Of a DNA stretch of 64,000 bases, positions 1 through 10,008 are shown in pieces. A program made the position numbers and the translations under genes. Each line of letters starts with the position of its first letter. The stretch's first letter is position 1. This stretch comes from a virus (Duplodnaviria; Heunggongvirae; Uroviricota; Caudoviricetes), in IMG/VR virus record IMGVR_UViG_3300017700_000469, positions 1 through 64,000 of that record; one strand, 5' to 3'. The notes under the pieces were generated by a model. That model did no database searches and was not told where the DNA came from. It was given only the letters and a program-made list of their open reading frames with translations.

Positions 1-390
1 GGCGAACACAGATCGGTGCGATCAAACCATAGCGTGCGAGTGAGTCTCTCCGTTCGAGAAACTCGACCGAGTCTTTGACGACCGGACGCATGAGAATCCA
101 GGGTTCGTGCAGGTCTGCCACGAGTATGTTTTTCAACTCGTCGGGCACTTGCACGTTCTCGCAGGAAGCCATCTCCGACCAACAATCTCACTTACAGCAT
201 ACGGAGAAGTGGCACCAAAATTCAGAACTCGTGCGGGATTGTTGGAATAGTTTCAAGCAGTACCAAAAGGCAGTACAGATGGCACTTTTCAGATGGTCCT
301 ACATTACCCTCTATATCTCTCTACTCTTTATCTTCCTATGACTGTCTATCTCTCTGTACTTCAATACTAAATACTGAAAGAGACAGAAGG

Positions 391-416
391 CTTTGTCGCG
401 GCAAGGGTTTGTCGCG
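391..416. promoter_or_regulatory. Two direct repeats (G)CTTTGTCGCGG 15 bp apart in an AT-rich (~35% GC) stretch upstream of the + strand replication genes; possible regulator-binding site
   Basis: Sequence ctttgtcgcgg at 391-401 and gtttgtcgcgg at 406-416. The CTTTGTC core recurs near promoters at ~47196 and ~56237. Confidence 0.3.
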
Positions 417-616
417 GTACACCAGACCGACCCTCCGGTACCACGGTACTATTCGCATAATTCCGAATCGAGTTCTGAATTTCGGAGCCTCGAATCCGTA
501 TGCTGTAAGTGAGATTGTTGGTCCACTTCCTGCCCGCCGTTCGGCGACCCACCTTGCCTCGCATCATTCCTCACGGCCTCCCCGCCGCAGAGTTCTGGGC
601 TCTCGTTCCAGACGCC

Positions 617-1024
617 ATGACCGGTAATACCGGCATCTGCTGGCGTTGGAATGGCCCGTACTCGCTGACCAACGCCGACTACGGAGAGTTCCGTGGCCAC
701 GGCGCACATCGGGTCGCCTACTTCCTAGACACCGACAACCAGCCGGGTCGTCTCAGCGTGTGCCACACCTGCGATCACCCGTGGTGCGTCAATCCAACGC
801 ACCTGTTCTTAGGCACCGCCAAGGACAACGCCGCCGATCGCGAAGCCAAAGGCCGTCATGCCCATGCAGGCAGAGAAGGTCCGCGAGAGAAGATCGATGA
901 AGCGGCGGTCAGAGACATACGGACCAGCAATGAGTCCATCCCGACACTGATGCAACGCTACGGCATCACTGAAAGTTGGGCTCACAAAATACGATCACGC
1001 AAAGCGTGGAAGCACGTCACCTGA
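617..1024 (+). CDS. HNH homing endonuclease (HNH_3-type); ORF track start 509, likely start at internal Met 617
   Basis: Motifs ICWRWNG ... CHTCDHPWCVNPTHLFLGTAKDN, the classic phage HNH signature. It lies immediately upstream of the primase. Confidence 0.75.
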   Translation: MTGNTGICWRWNGPYSLTNADYGEFRGHGAHRVAYFLDTDNQPGRLSVCHTCDHPWCVNPTHLFLGTAKDNAADREAKGRHAHAGREGPREKIDEAAVRDIRTSNESIPTLMQRYGITESWAHKIRSRKAWKHVT

Positions 1025-1031
1025 GATAAAC

Positions 1032-3776
1032 ATGCCCAAGGTTACTCAAGCTCTAAACCAGTTCATCACGGCGCGCAAGGCTCACCATAACGGGCCGGAC
1101 CTGCTTGAACGGTTTCTCCAATTCGCGCCGTGGCTCGAAACGCAAGTCAACGTCTCGGCCGGTAAAGGCTGGGCCGTGGACGGCAAGCGTTCGACCTACA
1201 CGGACGGGATCGACGAGTGGTTCAACATTCGCATCCCGAAGAACGCAAACTCCGATCCGACGTTCAAAGACTTCGAGTTGTCGTTCCCGCTCGACCTACA
1301 CGCCGATGCCATCGGCTGTACCGGTTGGGACTGGTCGAGCCGTGTGTCCCGCTGGGTCGGCTTCGACTTCGACTCGATCACCGGGCACGCCGCCGGCGTC
1401 GGCATCTCTGACGCCGAACTCGACAAGGTCCGGCAGGCGGCTTGCGCCCTACCGTGGGTTGAAGTGCGGCGTAGCACCGGCGGCAACGGACTTCATCTCT
1501 ACGTGCTCTTCCAAGACAAGGGCATCCCGACTGAGAACCACACGGTTCACGCCGCTCTCGGGCGGGCCGTTCTGGGACTCATGGCGAGCGAGACCGGCTT
1601 CGACTTCGCCCGACACATTGACGCCTGCGGCGGCAATATGTGGATTTGGGCTCGGAAGATGACCGCCGAGAACGAGGGCCTCGCTCTCGTTAAGAAGGCC
1701 AGCCAAGAACTCACGGCCGCCGAGCTTCCCGCCAACTGGCGTGACCATATCGAAGTCGTGAAGGGTCAGCGGACCAAGATCAAAATCGAAGGCGTGCCCG
1801 ACGAACATCTCGACCCGTTCGAGATTCTGGCGAGCAGCCGCCGGATGATCCCGCTCGACTCGAAGCACAAGCAGATCATCGACGAGCTTCGCCACGGCGG
1901 CGGCTCCGTGGTCTGGGTGCCGGACTACCACCTGCTGCAAGCCCACACGGCGATGCTTGCGAAGCTGATCGACGACGAGGCGAAGCGGAAAGCCCTGGGC
2001 ATCGTTGGGTTCTTCAAGACGAACTCGCAAGGCAAGGACTTGGGGCAGTCGAACTGTTTCCTCTTCCCGATCGACAACGGCGGCTGGAAGGTCTACCGCT
2101 TCTCGCCGGGCATCTCCGAAGCCGAGACGTGGGAGCAGGACGGCCAGGGTTGGACGACATGCTACTTCAACCACACGCCGAACCTGAAGGTGGCCGCCCG
2201 CGCGATGGGCGGTATCGAAGACGCCGAGAAGGGCGGCTTCACGTTCGACGACGCCGGTCGTGCTATGGAAGCCGCGAAGGCTCTCGGCCGTGATCTGCCG
2301 ATCCCCGATGGGATGCTGGGCCGCGAAGTGCGGCTCAAGGCTCACAAGGATGGGCGGCTCGTGGTGCAAGTCGTCTCGAAAGAGGGCGACGAGGGAATGA
2401 AGAAACTGGGATGGCAGGCCAAGAAAGGCTACTGGCTCCAAGTCTTCGAGACCCGTGCCGAGCACAAGAGCAGCGAGCTTCTCGCCTCGGAGCACGACAA
2501 CGTGATCCGGGCATTGGTCTCGATGTCCGGTGAGCGAGCGGGCTGGATGGTTCGCCAGAAGAACAATGAGTGGAACCGTGCCCCGAAGGACGACGCCAAG
2601 TCGTTGCTGCTGGCGTGCGGCTTCCCGAAGCCTGAGACCGACGTGATGCTCGGGCGGGCCGTGCAGGAAGCATGGAAGCTCGTCAACATGCCGTTCCAAC
2701 CGGAGTACCCCGGCGATCGGCAGTGGAACTACGGTGCGGCCGAGTTCAAGTATCAGCCGGCGGCGTTGGGCGACGACGAAGTCCCGCACCATCCGCACTG
2801 GGACATGATCCTCAAGCATTGCGGCCAGGACTTGGATGACGCACTGAAGAGCTTGGAATGGGCTCGCGCAGCGAACATCAAGACGGGTGCCGACTACTTG
2901 CTCATGTGGGCCACCTGCATGTTGCGGGAACCCTATGAGAAGCTGCCCTACCTGTTCTTCTACGGCGAGCAGAACTCGGGCAAGTCGATCTTCCACGAAG
3001 CTCTCGCGCTGCTGATGACGAAGGGCGTTGCTGCGGCCGACCGCGCGTTGACCAACAGCAACGACTTCAACGGTGAACTCGCGAACGCGGTGCTCGCCTA
3101 CATCGAAGAGAAGGACGTGGCGGCATCCAAGGGTGCCTACAACAAACTGAAGGACTGGGTCACGAGCCCGGTGCTTTGGATTCGCCGGATGCGGACCGAC
3201 GCTTACTCGCAGATCAACACGCTGCACATCGTGCAGTGTGCGAACGAACGAGATGCGTTGGCGATCAAGTCCGGCGACACGCGGATCACGGTGGCCTTCG
3301 TGCCGTCGCTCGATCCGGGTCAAGAGATTCCTAAGTCGGTCCTCATCGAACGACTGAAGGAAGAGGCACCGCATCTGATGCGGACGATCATGGACCTGCA
3401 ACTTCCGCCGCTACTCGGCCGCCTTCGTTTGCCGGTGGTCAACAACGATAACAAGGCCCGAGCCGAAGAGGCATCGCGGTCGCCGCTCGAAACCTTCATC
3501 GCCGAAGTCTGTTACGAAGTCCCCGGCGAGATGATTCAGTTCACCGAGTTCTACGACCGCTTTAAGCAGTGGCTCGAAGACGAAGAGGTTGAGAAGCGGA
3601 GCGAATGGTCGAGCAAGGCGAAGGTCATTAAGGCTCTTCCGCACAGCTTCCCCTATGGCATCCGACACTCGAACCAACGGTTCGTCGGCAACCTGTCGTG
3701 GGAAAACATGAAGCCCGCCCCAGAGTCGAAGTCTCTCACAGTGAAGAACGGGAAGCTGAAGCCGAAGGGCTCTTAG
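1032..3776 (+). CDS. Bifunctional primase-polymerase (prim-pol) N-terminal domain fused to a D5/P4-type SF3 helicase (replicative primase-helicase)
   Basis: GNGLHLYVLF prim-pol motif at the N-terminus. Walker A FFYGEQNSGKSIFHEALALLMTKG in the C-terminal half. 914 aa. Confidence 0.85.
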   Translation: MPKVTQALNQFITARKAHHNGPDLLERFLQFAPWLETQVNVSAGKGWAVDGKRSTYTDGIDEWFNIRIPKNANSDPTFKDFELSFPLDLHADAIGCTGWDWSSRVSRWVGFDFDSITGHAAGVGISDAELDKVRQAACALPWVEVRRSTGGNGLHLYVLFQDKGIPTENHTVHAALGRAVLGLMASETGFDFARHIDACGGNMWIWARKMTAENEGLALVKKASQELTAAELPANWRDHIEVVKGQRTKIKIEGVPDEHLDPFEILASSRRMIPLDSKHKQIIDELRHGGGSVVWVPDYHLLQAHTAMLAKLIDDEAKRKALGIVGFFKTNSQGKDLGQSNCFLFPIDNGGWKVYRFSPGISEAETWEQDGQGWTTCYFNHTPNLKVAARAMGGIEDAEKGGFTFDDAGRAMEAAKALGRDLPIPDGMLGREVRLKAHKDGRLVVQVVSKEGDEGMKKLGWQAKKGYWLQVFETRAEHKSSELLASEHDNVIRALVSMSGERAGWMVRQKNNEWNRAPKDDAKSLLLACGFPKPETDVMLGRAVQEAWKLVNMPFQPEYPGDRQWNYGAAEFKYQPAALGDDEVPHHPHWDMILKHCGQDLDDALKSLEWARAANIKTGADYLLMWATCMLREPYEKLPYLFFYGEQNSGKSIFHEALALLMTKGVAAADRALTNSNDFNGELANAVLAYIEEKDVAASKGAYNKLKDWVTSPVLWIRRMRTDAYSQINTLHIVQCANERDALAIKSGDTRITVAFVPSLDPGQEIPKSVLIERLKEEAPHLMRTIMDLQLPPLLGRLRLPVVNNDNKARAEEASRSPLETFIAEVCYEVPGEMIQFTEFYDRFKQWLEDEEVEKRSEWSSKAKVIKALPHSFPYGIRHSNQRFVGNLSWENMKPAPESKSLTVKNGKLKPKGS

Positions 3777-3951
3777 TGCAATGCTTGCTCTGGTCTACGC
3801 CTATACCGGCGATGTCACCCGGTCCGTGGTGAAAGCCTCGCTCGTGGCGGAAGTGGAGATCGACGAGGTTCCCGCGAACCAAGCCGACTTCGCTGCCGAA
3901 CACGGTGGTGACTTCATCGTAATCGAATCCCTCTTAGCCGTGAGATAACCC

Positions 3952-4203
3952 GTGGCCGATTACATCCCCGCTGCCGATCGTCCGATGCAGCGGAACATTC
4001 AAACCCCTCTGACGCTCACGCAGCTTCAGACGCTCGTCGCCGGCTTCGTGCGGTTCATCGAACTGGACGACGGCGACATCATCGTCATCAACGAAGCCTC
4101 GCCCGGTGAGGCTCCATTCAATTCCCTTGCGTCGTCCATTGCCGGTAAGGCCGGTCCCATCTACGGCGACGTCGTTCACTGCAAGTCTTCGGAGATCGCA
4201 TGA
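3952..4203 (+). CDS. hypothetical small protein
   Basis: 83-aa ORF in a coding-dense interval with good GC3. No recognisable motif. Confidence 0.35.
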   Translation: MADYIPAADRPMQRNIQTPLTLTQLQTLVAGFVRFIELDDGDIIVINEASPGEAPFNSLASSIAGKAGPIYGDVVHCKSSEIA

Positions 4204-4898
4204 CGTTCAATCCCGCCCTACGGGCACCCGATCAACCGCTCTTCATCGGGCTCGGTCACTACAAGCGGACCGGCAAAGACTCGTTCGCCGACTACCTCAT
4301 CGCCGCCCTCTACCGCCGCGATCAGAAGTTACGGGTCATTAAGAAGTCGATGGCCTGGAAGCTCAAGCAGATTTGCCACGAGCTATACGGCTGGGCCGGA
4401 CTTCGTGAACCGGAGTTCTACGAGACGATCCACGGTGGCGAGCTTCGCGAAGTGGTGCTCGAAGAGATCGGCAAGAGCCCTCGCCAGATTTGGATCGACT
4501 TCGGCACGGCCGCCGTCCGCGAGAAGGTCTACGACCGGACGTGGCTCGACTACGTGTTCCGCGCGAAGCACGAGGCCGACGTCATCATCGTCCCGGACAT
4601 CCGGTTCGAGAACGAAGCGATGGCGGTGCAGGGGCGCAACGGTACGCTCGTGAAGATCGTGCGGCCCGGCTACGGTCCCGGTGAGAATCGCCCGGACCGA
4701 GAACTGCTCGGCTTCCGTGGCTGGGACAACGTGATCGGCGAAGACGGCCAGATGGGCAGTCTGCAAGAATGGGCTGCTCTGTACGCCGACTGGATCGTCG
4801 GCGGAGCGCCTGTCGTCCGCACCCGAGAAGAGATGGATGCGGCGTTGTCGGTGGAGAGGATCACCGCTTGGGAAGAGAACCTGAAGGTGGCGGCATGA
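4200..4898 (+). CDS. deoxynucleoside monophosphate kinase-like protein (T4 gp1-like P-loop)
   Basis: N-terminal FIGLGHYKRTGKDSFADYLI resembles the T4 dNMP kinase opening LSGVKRSGKDTTADFI. Its ATGA stop overlaps the next gene's start. Confidence 0.55.
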   Translation: MTFNPALRAPDQPLFIGLGHYKRTGKDSFADYLIAALYRRDQKLRVIKKSMAWKLKQICHELYGWAGLREPEFYETIHGGELREVVLEEIGKSPRQIWIDFGTAAVREKVYDRTWLDYVFRAKHEADVIIVPDIRFENEAMAVQGRNGTLVKIVRPGYGPGENRPDRELLGFRGWDNVIGEDGQMGSLQEWAALYADWIVGGAPVVRTREEMDAALSVERITAWEENLKVAA

Positions 4899-5191
4899 TA
4901 AGCCGCCGTCTCTTCCTTGGACGTGTCGGAGCGGCGATAGCCGCCATGACGGCCGTCCCGTTTGCCCTGCCCGCAATCGAGCGGCAGGTAGTCGTGGCGG
5001 CCAAGCCCGTCATGGACGCCTTCATCCCGGAACTATGGGCTCGCGAGAGTCTCGCGATTCTCGAAGAGAACATGGTGCTCGGCAATCTCGTGCATCGAGA
5101 CTTCGGCGATCTCATCTTTAAGGAAGGCGATCAATGTCAAACCGCTCGGCTCGGTACCCGGCTTTCTGTCGCCTCTCCGCTGGCATCTTGA
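4895..5191 (+). CDS. Small protein with a twin-arginine (Tat) signal peptide fused to a segment ~80% identical to the N-terminus of the major capsid protein
   Basis: MISRRLFLGRVGAAIAAMTAVPFALPA matches the S-R-R-x-F-L-K Tat motif with an AxA cleavage site. AFIPELWARESLAILEENMVLGNLVHRDF compares with AFIPEIWAQEGLVILEENMVAANLVHRDF in the MCP at 20590-22137, and the nucleotide sequences also align at ~80%. RBS aaggtgg precedes the ATG at 4895. Confidence 0.5.
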   Translation: MISRRLFLGRVGAAIAAMTAVPFALPAIERQVVVAAKPVMDAFIPELWARESLAILEENMVLGNLVHRDFGDLIFKEGDQCQTARLGTRLSVASPLAS

Positions 5192-5305
5192 AGCACTGGT
5201 ACAAGAAATACACCGCTCGACGTAATCGCAAAGCTGTCAAGCAAGCTCGCGACATCGAAGCTCACACCGACAAACGGCTCGACAGCCGAGCACTGGACTA
5301 AACGA

Positions 5306-5926
5306 ATGGTAAAGACTTACTCGGGCCTCGTGAACCTCAACGGCAACGTCATGGCCGCTCTCGACTACGAGACGACCGGACGGCGGGCGGGGTTCCACGA
5401 GATCATCCAGATCGCGGTCGTGCCGCTGAACTCCGACCTGCGTCCGCTCGAAGGCGTGAAGCCGTTTTACACGACGATGCGGCCGATGTACCCGCATCGG
5501 CAAGAGAAGGGTGCGGGGTTCGTCCACGGGCTGGATATAAACGAACTAATCCTTCACGCTCCCGAACCGGGTCGCGTGAAGGACTTATTATTGGAGTGGT
5601 TCGAGCGACTTGAGCTACCCTTTAAGAAGGTACTCGTGCCGCTCGCACACAACTGGGCGTTTGAGTCATCCTTCACGAAGGCTTGGCTCGGTGTTGATCT
5701 GACGGACCAGATATTCCATTCGCACGCTCGCGACTCGATGCTGGCGGCGTTGAACATCAACGACCGCGCGGCGTTCGCCGGCGAAGCGGCACCGTTCAAC
5801 AGCGTGGGCCTCGGTGCCCTCTGTAAGAAGCTGGGCATCGCCAACCTGAAGCCGCACGACGCCTACTGCGACGCCGTCGCCGAGGCAGACTTATACCGTG
5901 CCCTGGTCCACTACGACCTTTTCTAA
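5306..5926 (+). CDS. DnaQ-like DEDDh 3'-5' exonuclease
   Basis: Exo I motif ALDYETTG, Exo II HNWAFESSF, Exo III HSHARDSMLAALN. Confidence 0.8.
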   Translation: MVKTYSGLVNLNGNVMAALDYETTGRRAGFHEIIQIAVVPLNSDLRPLEGVKPFYTTMRPMYPHRQEKGAGFVHGLDINELILHAPEPGRVKDLLLEWFERLELPFKKVLVPLAHNWAFESSFTKAWLGVDLTDQIFHSHARDSMLAALNINDRAAFAGEAAPFNSVGLGALCKKLGIANLKPHDAYCDAVAEADLYRALVHYDLF

Positions 5927-6418
5927 GAGCGCTCTACGGACCGGACACGCCTCGCATACCGCGAGCGTGACCGGCTGTCCGTGTCTTTCGCTCTCTTTAG
6001 ATGCGCACATCGCGTCTATCTTAATGCAGCCGCACCGCTGAACGGTGTTGGCCATCTCCCGATCGACGCAGGACGGCCACGCTGGGATGAACACCCAAGC
6101 GTCGGCCCCGTCTTCTCCCTTGCGCCGGTACCCGTTAGGCACCGAGGGCGGCTTCAGGCCGTTCGGCTCGTAAACCAAGTTGCCATCCACGATCCGGGGC
6201 TCGGCGTACTCGCGTTTAACGATCTGCCGTTCGTAGAATCCCTCGGGCCGCAGGGCCACCGTAAACACTCGTAGCGGGCAGGCGTTGCAATCCGCTGCTG
6301 TGACGTCGGTGTTGTATCGGCTGCACGCCTGATGCGAGCAGCGAGCCAGCAGCCCCGTCGTACCGTCCTTGTTGACTAGGGCGATCTCTTGGCGTTTGAC
6401 ACAGGGTAAATCGAACAT
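5891..6418 (-). CDS. Cys-rich hypothetical protein (start refined to the internal Met MFDLPCVKRQ)
   Basis: The ORF-track start at 6640 would overlap the SPFH gene by 220 nt. The internal ATG at 6418 abuts the SPFH stop. Cys clusters CSHQACS...CNACP and CGC...C...CEACP. Confidence 0.45.
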   Translation of the reverse strand: MFDLPCVKRQEIALVNKDGTTGLLARCSHQACSRYNTDVTAADCNACPLRVFTVALRPEGFYERQIVKREYAEPRIVDGNLVYEPNGLKPPSVPNGYRRKGEDGADAWVFIPAWPSCVDREMANTVQRCGCIKIDAMCASKESERHGQPVTLAVCEACPVRRALLEKVVVDQGTV

Positions 6419-6420
6419 GG

Positions 6421-6981
6421 TTATTCCGCGTTGTGAGCGATCAGCGTGCCACCGTGGCCGCCGATGTTCTTGATAACGAGTGCGGTCGAGAAGTCGGTCA
6501 GCGCTGTGCGATAGATTCGGACGCCGAACGGCTTCAGCTTGCGACGAGTCTCTTTGGTGAGTTCCGTCTGGATCGCATCGGTGAGGTTGGTGAGGATGTG
6601 TTGATAGTCGTGTTTGGTGATGACGTGCGTGATGGCGCACATCGTGATGTCGTTGATCGTGTCCGAGACGTCCCAGTTCATCGCCATGCAGGCGACGATG
6701 TCGTTGATCGCGTAAACGACCACGCCACCGACGACGACTTTCTTGCCGTCCTTAGTGGTGAGCGACTGGCTCGGCAGATTGTGAGTCTGCCGAGCCACCG
6801 GGATGATCTCGACTTCGGTAACGATCGGCCAGTAGATACACAGGCCGGGTTTGATAGCGATGGCGGTCTTACCATGCTTGAACCGGACACCGGCGTGGGT
6901 TGCACGCACGATCCGCAAGCGGGGAATGAAAGCCCCGATCCACTCGATGATATAGCCGAGCCACGCGAAAGCACTTTCCAT
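6421..6981 (-). CDS. SPFH/band-7 (stomatin/prohibitin-like) domain protein with an N-terminal membrane anchor
   Basis: Hydrophobic N-terminus, then a pattern matching the SPFH core (PVARQTHNLPSQSLTTKDGKKVVVGGVVVYAINDIVACMAMNW ... GVRIYRTALTDF). Confidence 0.6.
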   Translation of the reverse strand: MESAFAWLGYIIEWIGAFIPRLRIVRATHAGVRFKHGKTAIAIKPGLCIYWPIVTEVEIIPVARQTHNLPSQSLTTKDGKKVVVGGVVVYAINDIVACMAMNWDVSDTINDITMCAITHVITKHDYQHILTNLTDAIQTELTKETRRKLKPFGVRIYRTALTDFSTALVIKNIGGHGGTLIAHNAE

Positions 6982-6990
6982 ACAGCCTCT

Positions 6991-9900
6991 TTACTCGACT
7001 CCGGTTGATTCCTCTTGGTATCCGACCATCGCTTGGTCCTCACCGCCGGGTTCGCTGCAAGGCTGACCGAAGTTAGGACTGTCTGGGTCTTCGTCGATGC
7101 CGAGATCGGCAGTGTTGAAGACGAGCCACGTTTGCTTCTGACCGACCACCCAGCTATAGCCGTCCGTTCGAGCTTGAATCTCCGCACGCTTCGCGGTGGC
7201 GAACTGGTTCGCCGCAGCTTGCGAGTTGAAGGTGAAGCACTCGGTGTTGGCCGGGGTGCCGATCGCTAGGCGACCGCTGTCGCCTTCCTCTTCGGTGAAG
7301 AACGGCTCGGAGCCCGGAGGCTTGACGCACGTCGTCGGGAAGATGTACTGAATCTCGATGACGGCCGTGCAGTTGCCACCGCACTTACCGCTCGGCAAGT
7401 CCTGCTTAGCTTCGTCTTCCGACTTCTCTTTCGGCGTGCCCTGCCCCGCAGCGTCGGCGGCCTCGGCCGCTTCCTTGCGAGCTTGCTGAGCCTCGGCCAT
7501 CGCTTGGTTGGCTTTGTTCAAAGCCTCTTGGCAACAGGCCGACGAGCCACCGCTGATCGGCGAAGAGCCGCCACTGATCTCACCCGTGCTGTCCGCCTTC
7601 GCGTCCGGCACCGGTTTGGTATCGTTGATGTCCGAGGGATGCTTGTCGCCGTGATCCGCACGACACTGACCGTTGGCGAGGGAGCCTTCGACGGTGTCGC
7701 CGTTGCAGGCGAGGCTGAAGCCTTGGAACAACCCGCTCGCGTCGTTGGACAACGGGTGGGCGTTCGGAGCGATGACGCTGAAGTTCGGCTCGTGTCCGCT
7801 ACCCGCCAGACCCAGGGACCGCTCTTCGAGCGTCGGGAACAGCAAGGTCTCAGAGATGTCGGCCGGCCACGCGAAGTCATACGGGACGTTGGTGCCCGAT
7901 TTGCAGGGCGTCCATATCTCGAAGTCCATCGTGTGGGTGTCGGAGTTGTAGTTCGCCTTCTCGACGACGCACTTGATCGTTCCCGGACCGACGTCCGGCA
8001 GGGTGAGCCCGACCGTGTCGAAGGTTTCCAGCGTCAGCTTGTTCATCGGCGTCTGGAAGATCGCACGCCGCCATGTGTTGGCTTTGCGGATCAACCAGAA
8101 CGTCGCGGACTTGCGGACGAGATCGAGAATGTTGAAGCAATAGAAGTCGTACTTAAACTCGTGCGTGCCGTAAATCTTGACGTTGTTCCGCAGGATGACC
8201 GTGTTCGGCTTCTCGGCGGCGTAGTCCTTGGTCCACTCAGCGACGTACTTAGTCACCAAGTCTTCCGTGGGCGTATGCTCGATGCGGAGCGTGTTCGGCA
8301 TCACGTCGTCTTCGCTGATCGTGTCATCCACGTCCGGCTCGATCGACAGATACTTGATGTAGAAGACGTCGTCCTTGAGCCACAGAGCACAGCGGGCTTG
8401 GTACGCGATCTCTTCCAACACGTTGATGATGTTCTTACGCTCCAAGAGAGCGAAGTGCATCGGGTAGTTGTCGATCTGGGTGCGGACCGCATTGAAGCTC
8501 GTGGCATCAACGCCGTACTGGGTGTACGTGCCGATGAACCATTCAAGGATGTCCACGGTGTTCGGACCGACCGACGACGTCATCGTCACGTAGATGTCGT
8601 CCGACCAGCCGCCGCCGTTCGCTTGATCGCGAGTGCTGAGCGGTCGGGTGAACAGAATCTCCATGACGCCGGTGTAGCCGGTGTAGTTGGTCTGCCGGAT
8701 CGTGTAGTAGCTCGACGGTACCGTCAGCAGTTGACGGCCGCCATTAAGCTCGCGGTAAGCCGCGACCCGCAGGATCGTGGACGGCAGCAAGTTGGCGATG
8801 TAGAGAATCGCTTCGTCGCTGTCGATGGCCACGGTCGAGCCGGCGTTGGCCCAGAAGAAACTGGCGGCCGGGATGTTGTTGAGCTTGTCCCACGACGCCT
8901 TGGAGTTGGCGGCGTTGATCGTAGCAGTCTGACCTTCGATACCATTCGGAGCCAACTGGGCTTCCAGATCGGTGGCATCCGGGGCGTTGGTGCCGCAGGT
9001 GCTCTTGATCGCGTTCTGGTACGTGGTCTGGATGACGTTGCCGCGACCGTCGTTGTCCGGGTGCAGCCGACCGGTGATCGTGAACGTGTCACCGCTGAAC
9101 CGACCTTGGAACTTGCCGCCGTTGATGTTCAGCGTGAGCAGCACACCTTGCGGGAACTTGCTGCCGCCGAAGATCGTCACCGGGCTGTACTCGTAGGCGA
9201 GTTGCTCGCTGAGTTGCAGTTGCAGGCTTTCGAGAGCCTCGCACTTCGCCTTGATGCAGCCTTGGTCGATCTGATAGACCGCCGTGATTGTGAGACTGCC
9301 AGCGCCCCACGCGCCACCGGCTGCACTGGGCTCGGTTTGAGCTTGGTAGCCGGCGAAGTTCGACGGGCAGACGATCTGCTGAGCGGCCTGGATGCGACGG
9401 TTCAACGTGAAGTCGTGGATGCCGGTGCCCGAGGCGAGGATACCGCGACGTGTCGTCGTGCATCGCAGCGCCGGGACGTTGGTTACTGTACCGAAGCACA
9501 GCGGCCACGGCTTACCGATCAACTCTTCCGGCGGGTTGATGAAGTCGCCTTCCTCGATCGAGAAGCCGACTTCGACGTCTTCGATCTTGGACACGACGTC
9601 GAACTTGATCGTCCGATCGCCTTCGTTCCATTGGATCGGCGTGTTGAGCACGCCCTTGAAGATCAGGAACTTCTCGCTCGTGGCGATCCCATCGAACCAC
9701 TGGTAGACCCAGCACGGCCGCTTGTGGATGTCGTGCGAGTCCATGATTCCCTTGATGGAACCATCGGTGTCGTCGAGCGTGATGCTGATCTGCTGAGACT
9801 GCGACCCGCCCGAGACTTGGACGACGTCGTCGAGGCCGCTTACTTCCTGAATGCGACCGAGGATGCCGCCGGCGATGTCGCGATCCGAATAGGCCGACCG

Positions 9901-9999
9901 GGTGCCGTCCACCCACTCGATCTCGATGATGTTGATCGGCTCGGTGCCAAGTCGGGTGGCCAACTTAGCGAGCGATGCGACCGAGATATTGCGTGGCAT
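6991..9999 (-). CDS. Large tail fibre / central tail-tip (host-specificity-like) protein
   Basis: 1002 aa, the last gene of the tail module downstream of the TMP and tip proteins. Beta-rich with a Gly/Ser-rich linker and an Ala/Glu-rich C-terminus. Confidence 0.55.
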   Translation of the reverse strand: MPRNISVASLAKLATRLGTEPINIIEIEWVDGTRSAYSDRDIAGGILGRIQEVSGLDDVVQVSGGSQSQQISITLDDTDGSIKGIMDSHDIHKRPCWVYQWFDGIATSEKFLIFKGVLNTPIQWNEGDRTIKFDVVSKIEDVEVGFSIEEGDFINPPEELIGKPWPLCFGTVTNVPALRCTTTRRGILASGTGIHDFTLNRRIQAAQQIVCPSNFAGYQAQTEPSAAGGAWGAGSLTITAVYQIDQGCIKAKCEALESLQLQLSEQLAYEYSPVTIFGGSKFPQGVLLTLNINGGKFQGRFSGDTFTITGRLHPDNDGRGNVIQTTYQNAIKSTCGTNAPDATDLEAQLAPNGIEGQTATINAANSKASWDKLNNIPAASFFWANAGSTVAIDSDEAILYIANLLPSTILRVAAYRELNGGRQLLTVPSSYYTIRQTNYTGYTGVMEILFTRPLSTRDQANGGGWSDDIYVTMTSSVGPNTVDILEWFIGTYTQYGVDATSFNAVRTQIDNYPMHFALLERKNIINVLEEIAYQARCALWLKDDVFYIKYLSIEPDVDDTISEDDVMPNTLRIEHTPTEDLVTKYVAEWTKDYAAEKPNTVILRNNVKIYGTHEFKYDFYCFNILDLVRKSATFWLIRKANTWRRAIFQTPMNKLTLETFDTVGLTLPDVGPGTIKCVVEKANYNSDTHTMDFEIWTPCKSGTNVPYDFAWPADISETLLFPTLEERSLGLAGSGHEPNFSVIAPNAHPLSNDASGLFQGFSLACNGDTVEGSLANGQCRADHGDKHPSDINDTKPVPDAKADSTGEISGGSSPISGGSSACCQEALNKANQAMAEAQQARKEAAEAADAAGQGTPKEKSEDEAKQDLPSGKCGGNCTAVIEIQYIFPTTCVKPPGSEPFFTEEEGDSGRLAIGTPANTECFTFNSQAAANQFATAKRAEIQARTDGYSWVVGQKQTWLVFNTADLGIDEDPDSPNFGQPCSEPGGEDQAMVGYQEESTGVE

Positions 10000-10008
10000 G
10001 GTGGAACC

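Noticed and set aside
1449-3401. Long antisense ORFs rich in Arg/Ala/Gly: 1449-3401(-), 7483-10053(+), 20548-22254(+), 61187-62092(-), 22251-23036(+), 54941-55594(+)
   Set aside because: They lie opposite or out of frame to well-supported genes (primase, tail fibre, capsid, early genes). They show low-complexity Arg-rich translations typical of spurious ORFs in high-GC DNA.
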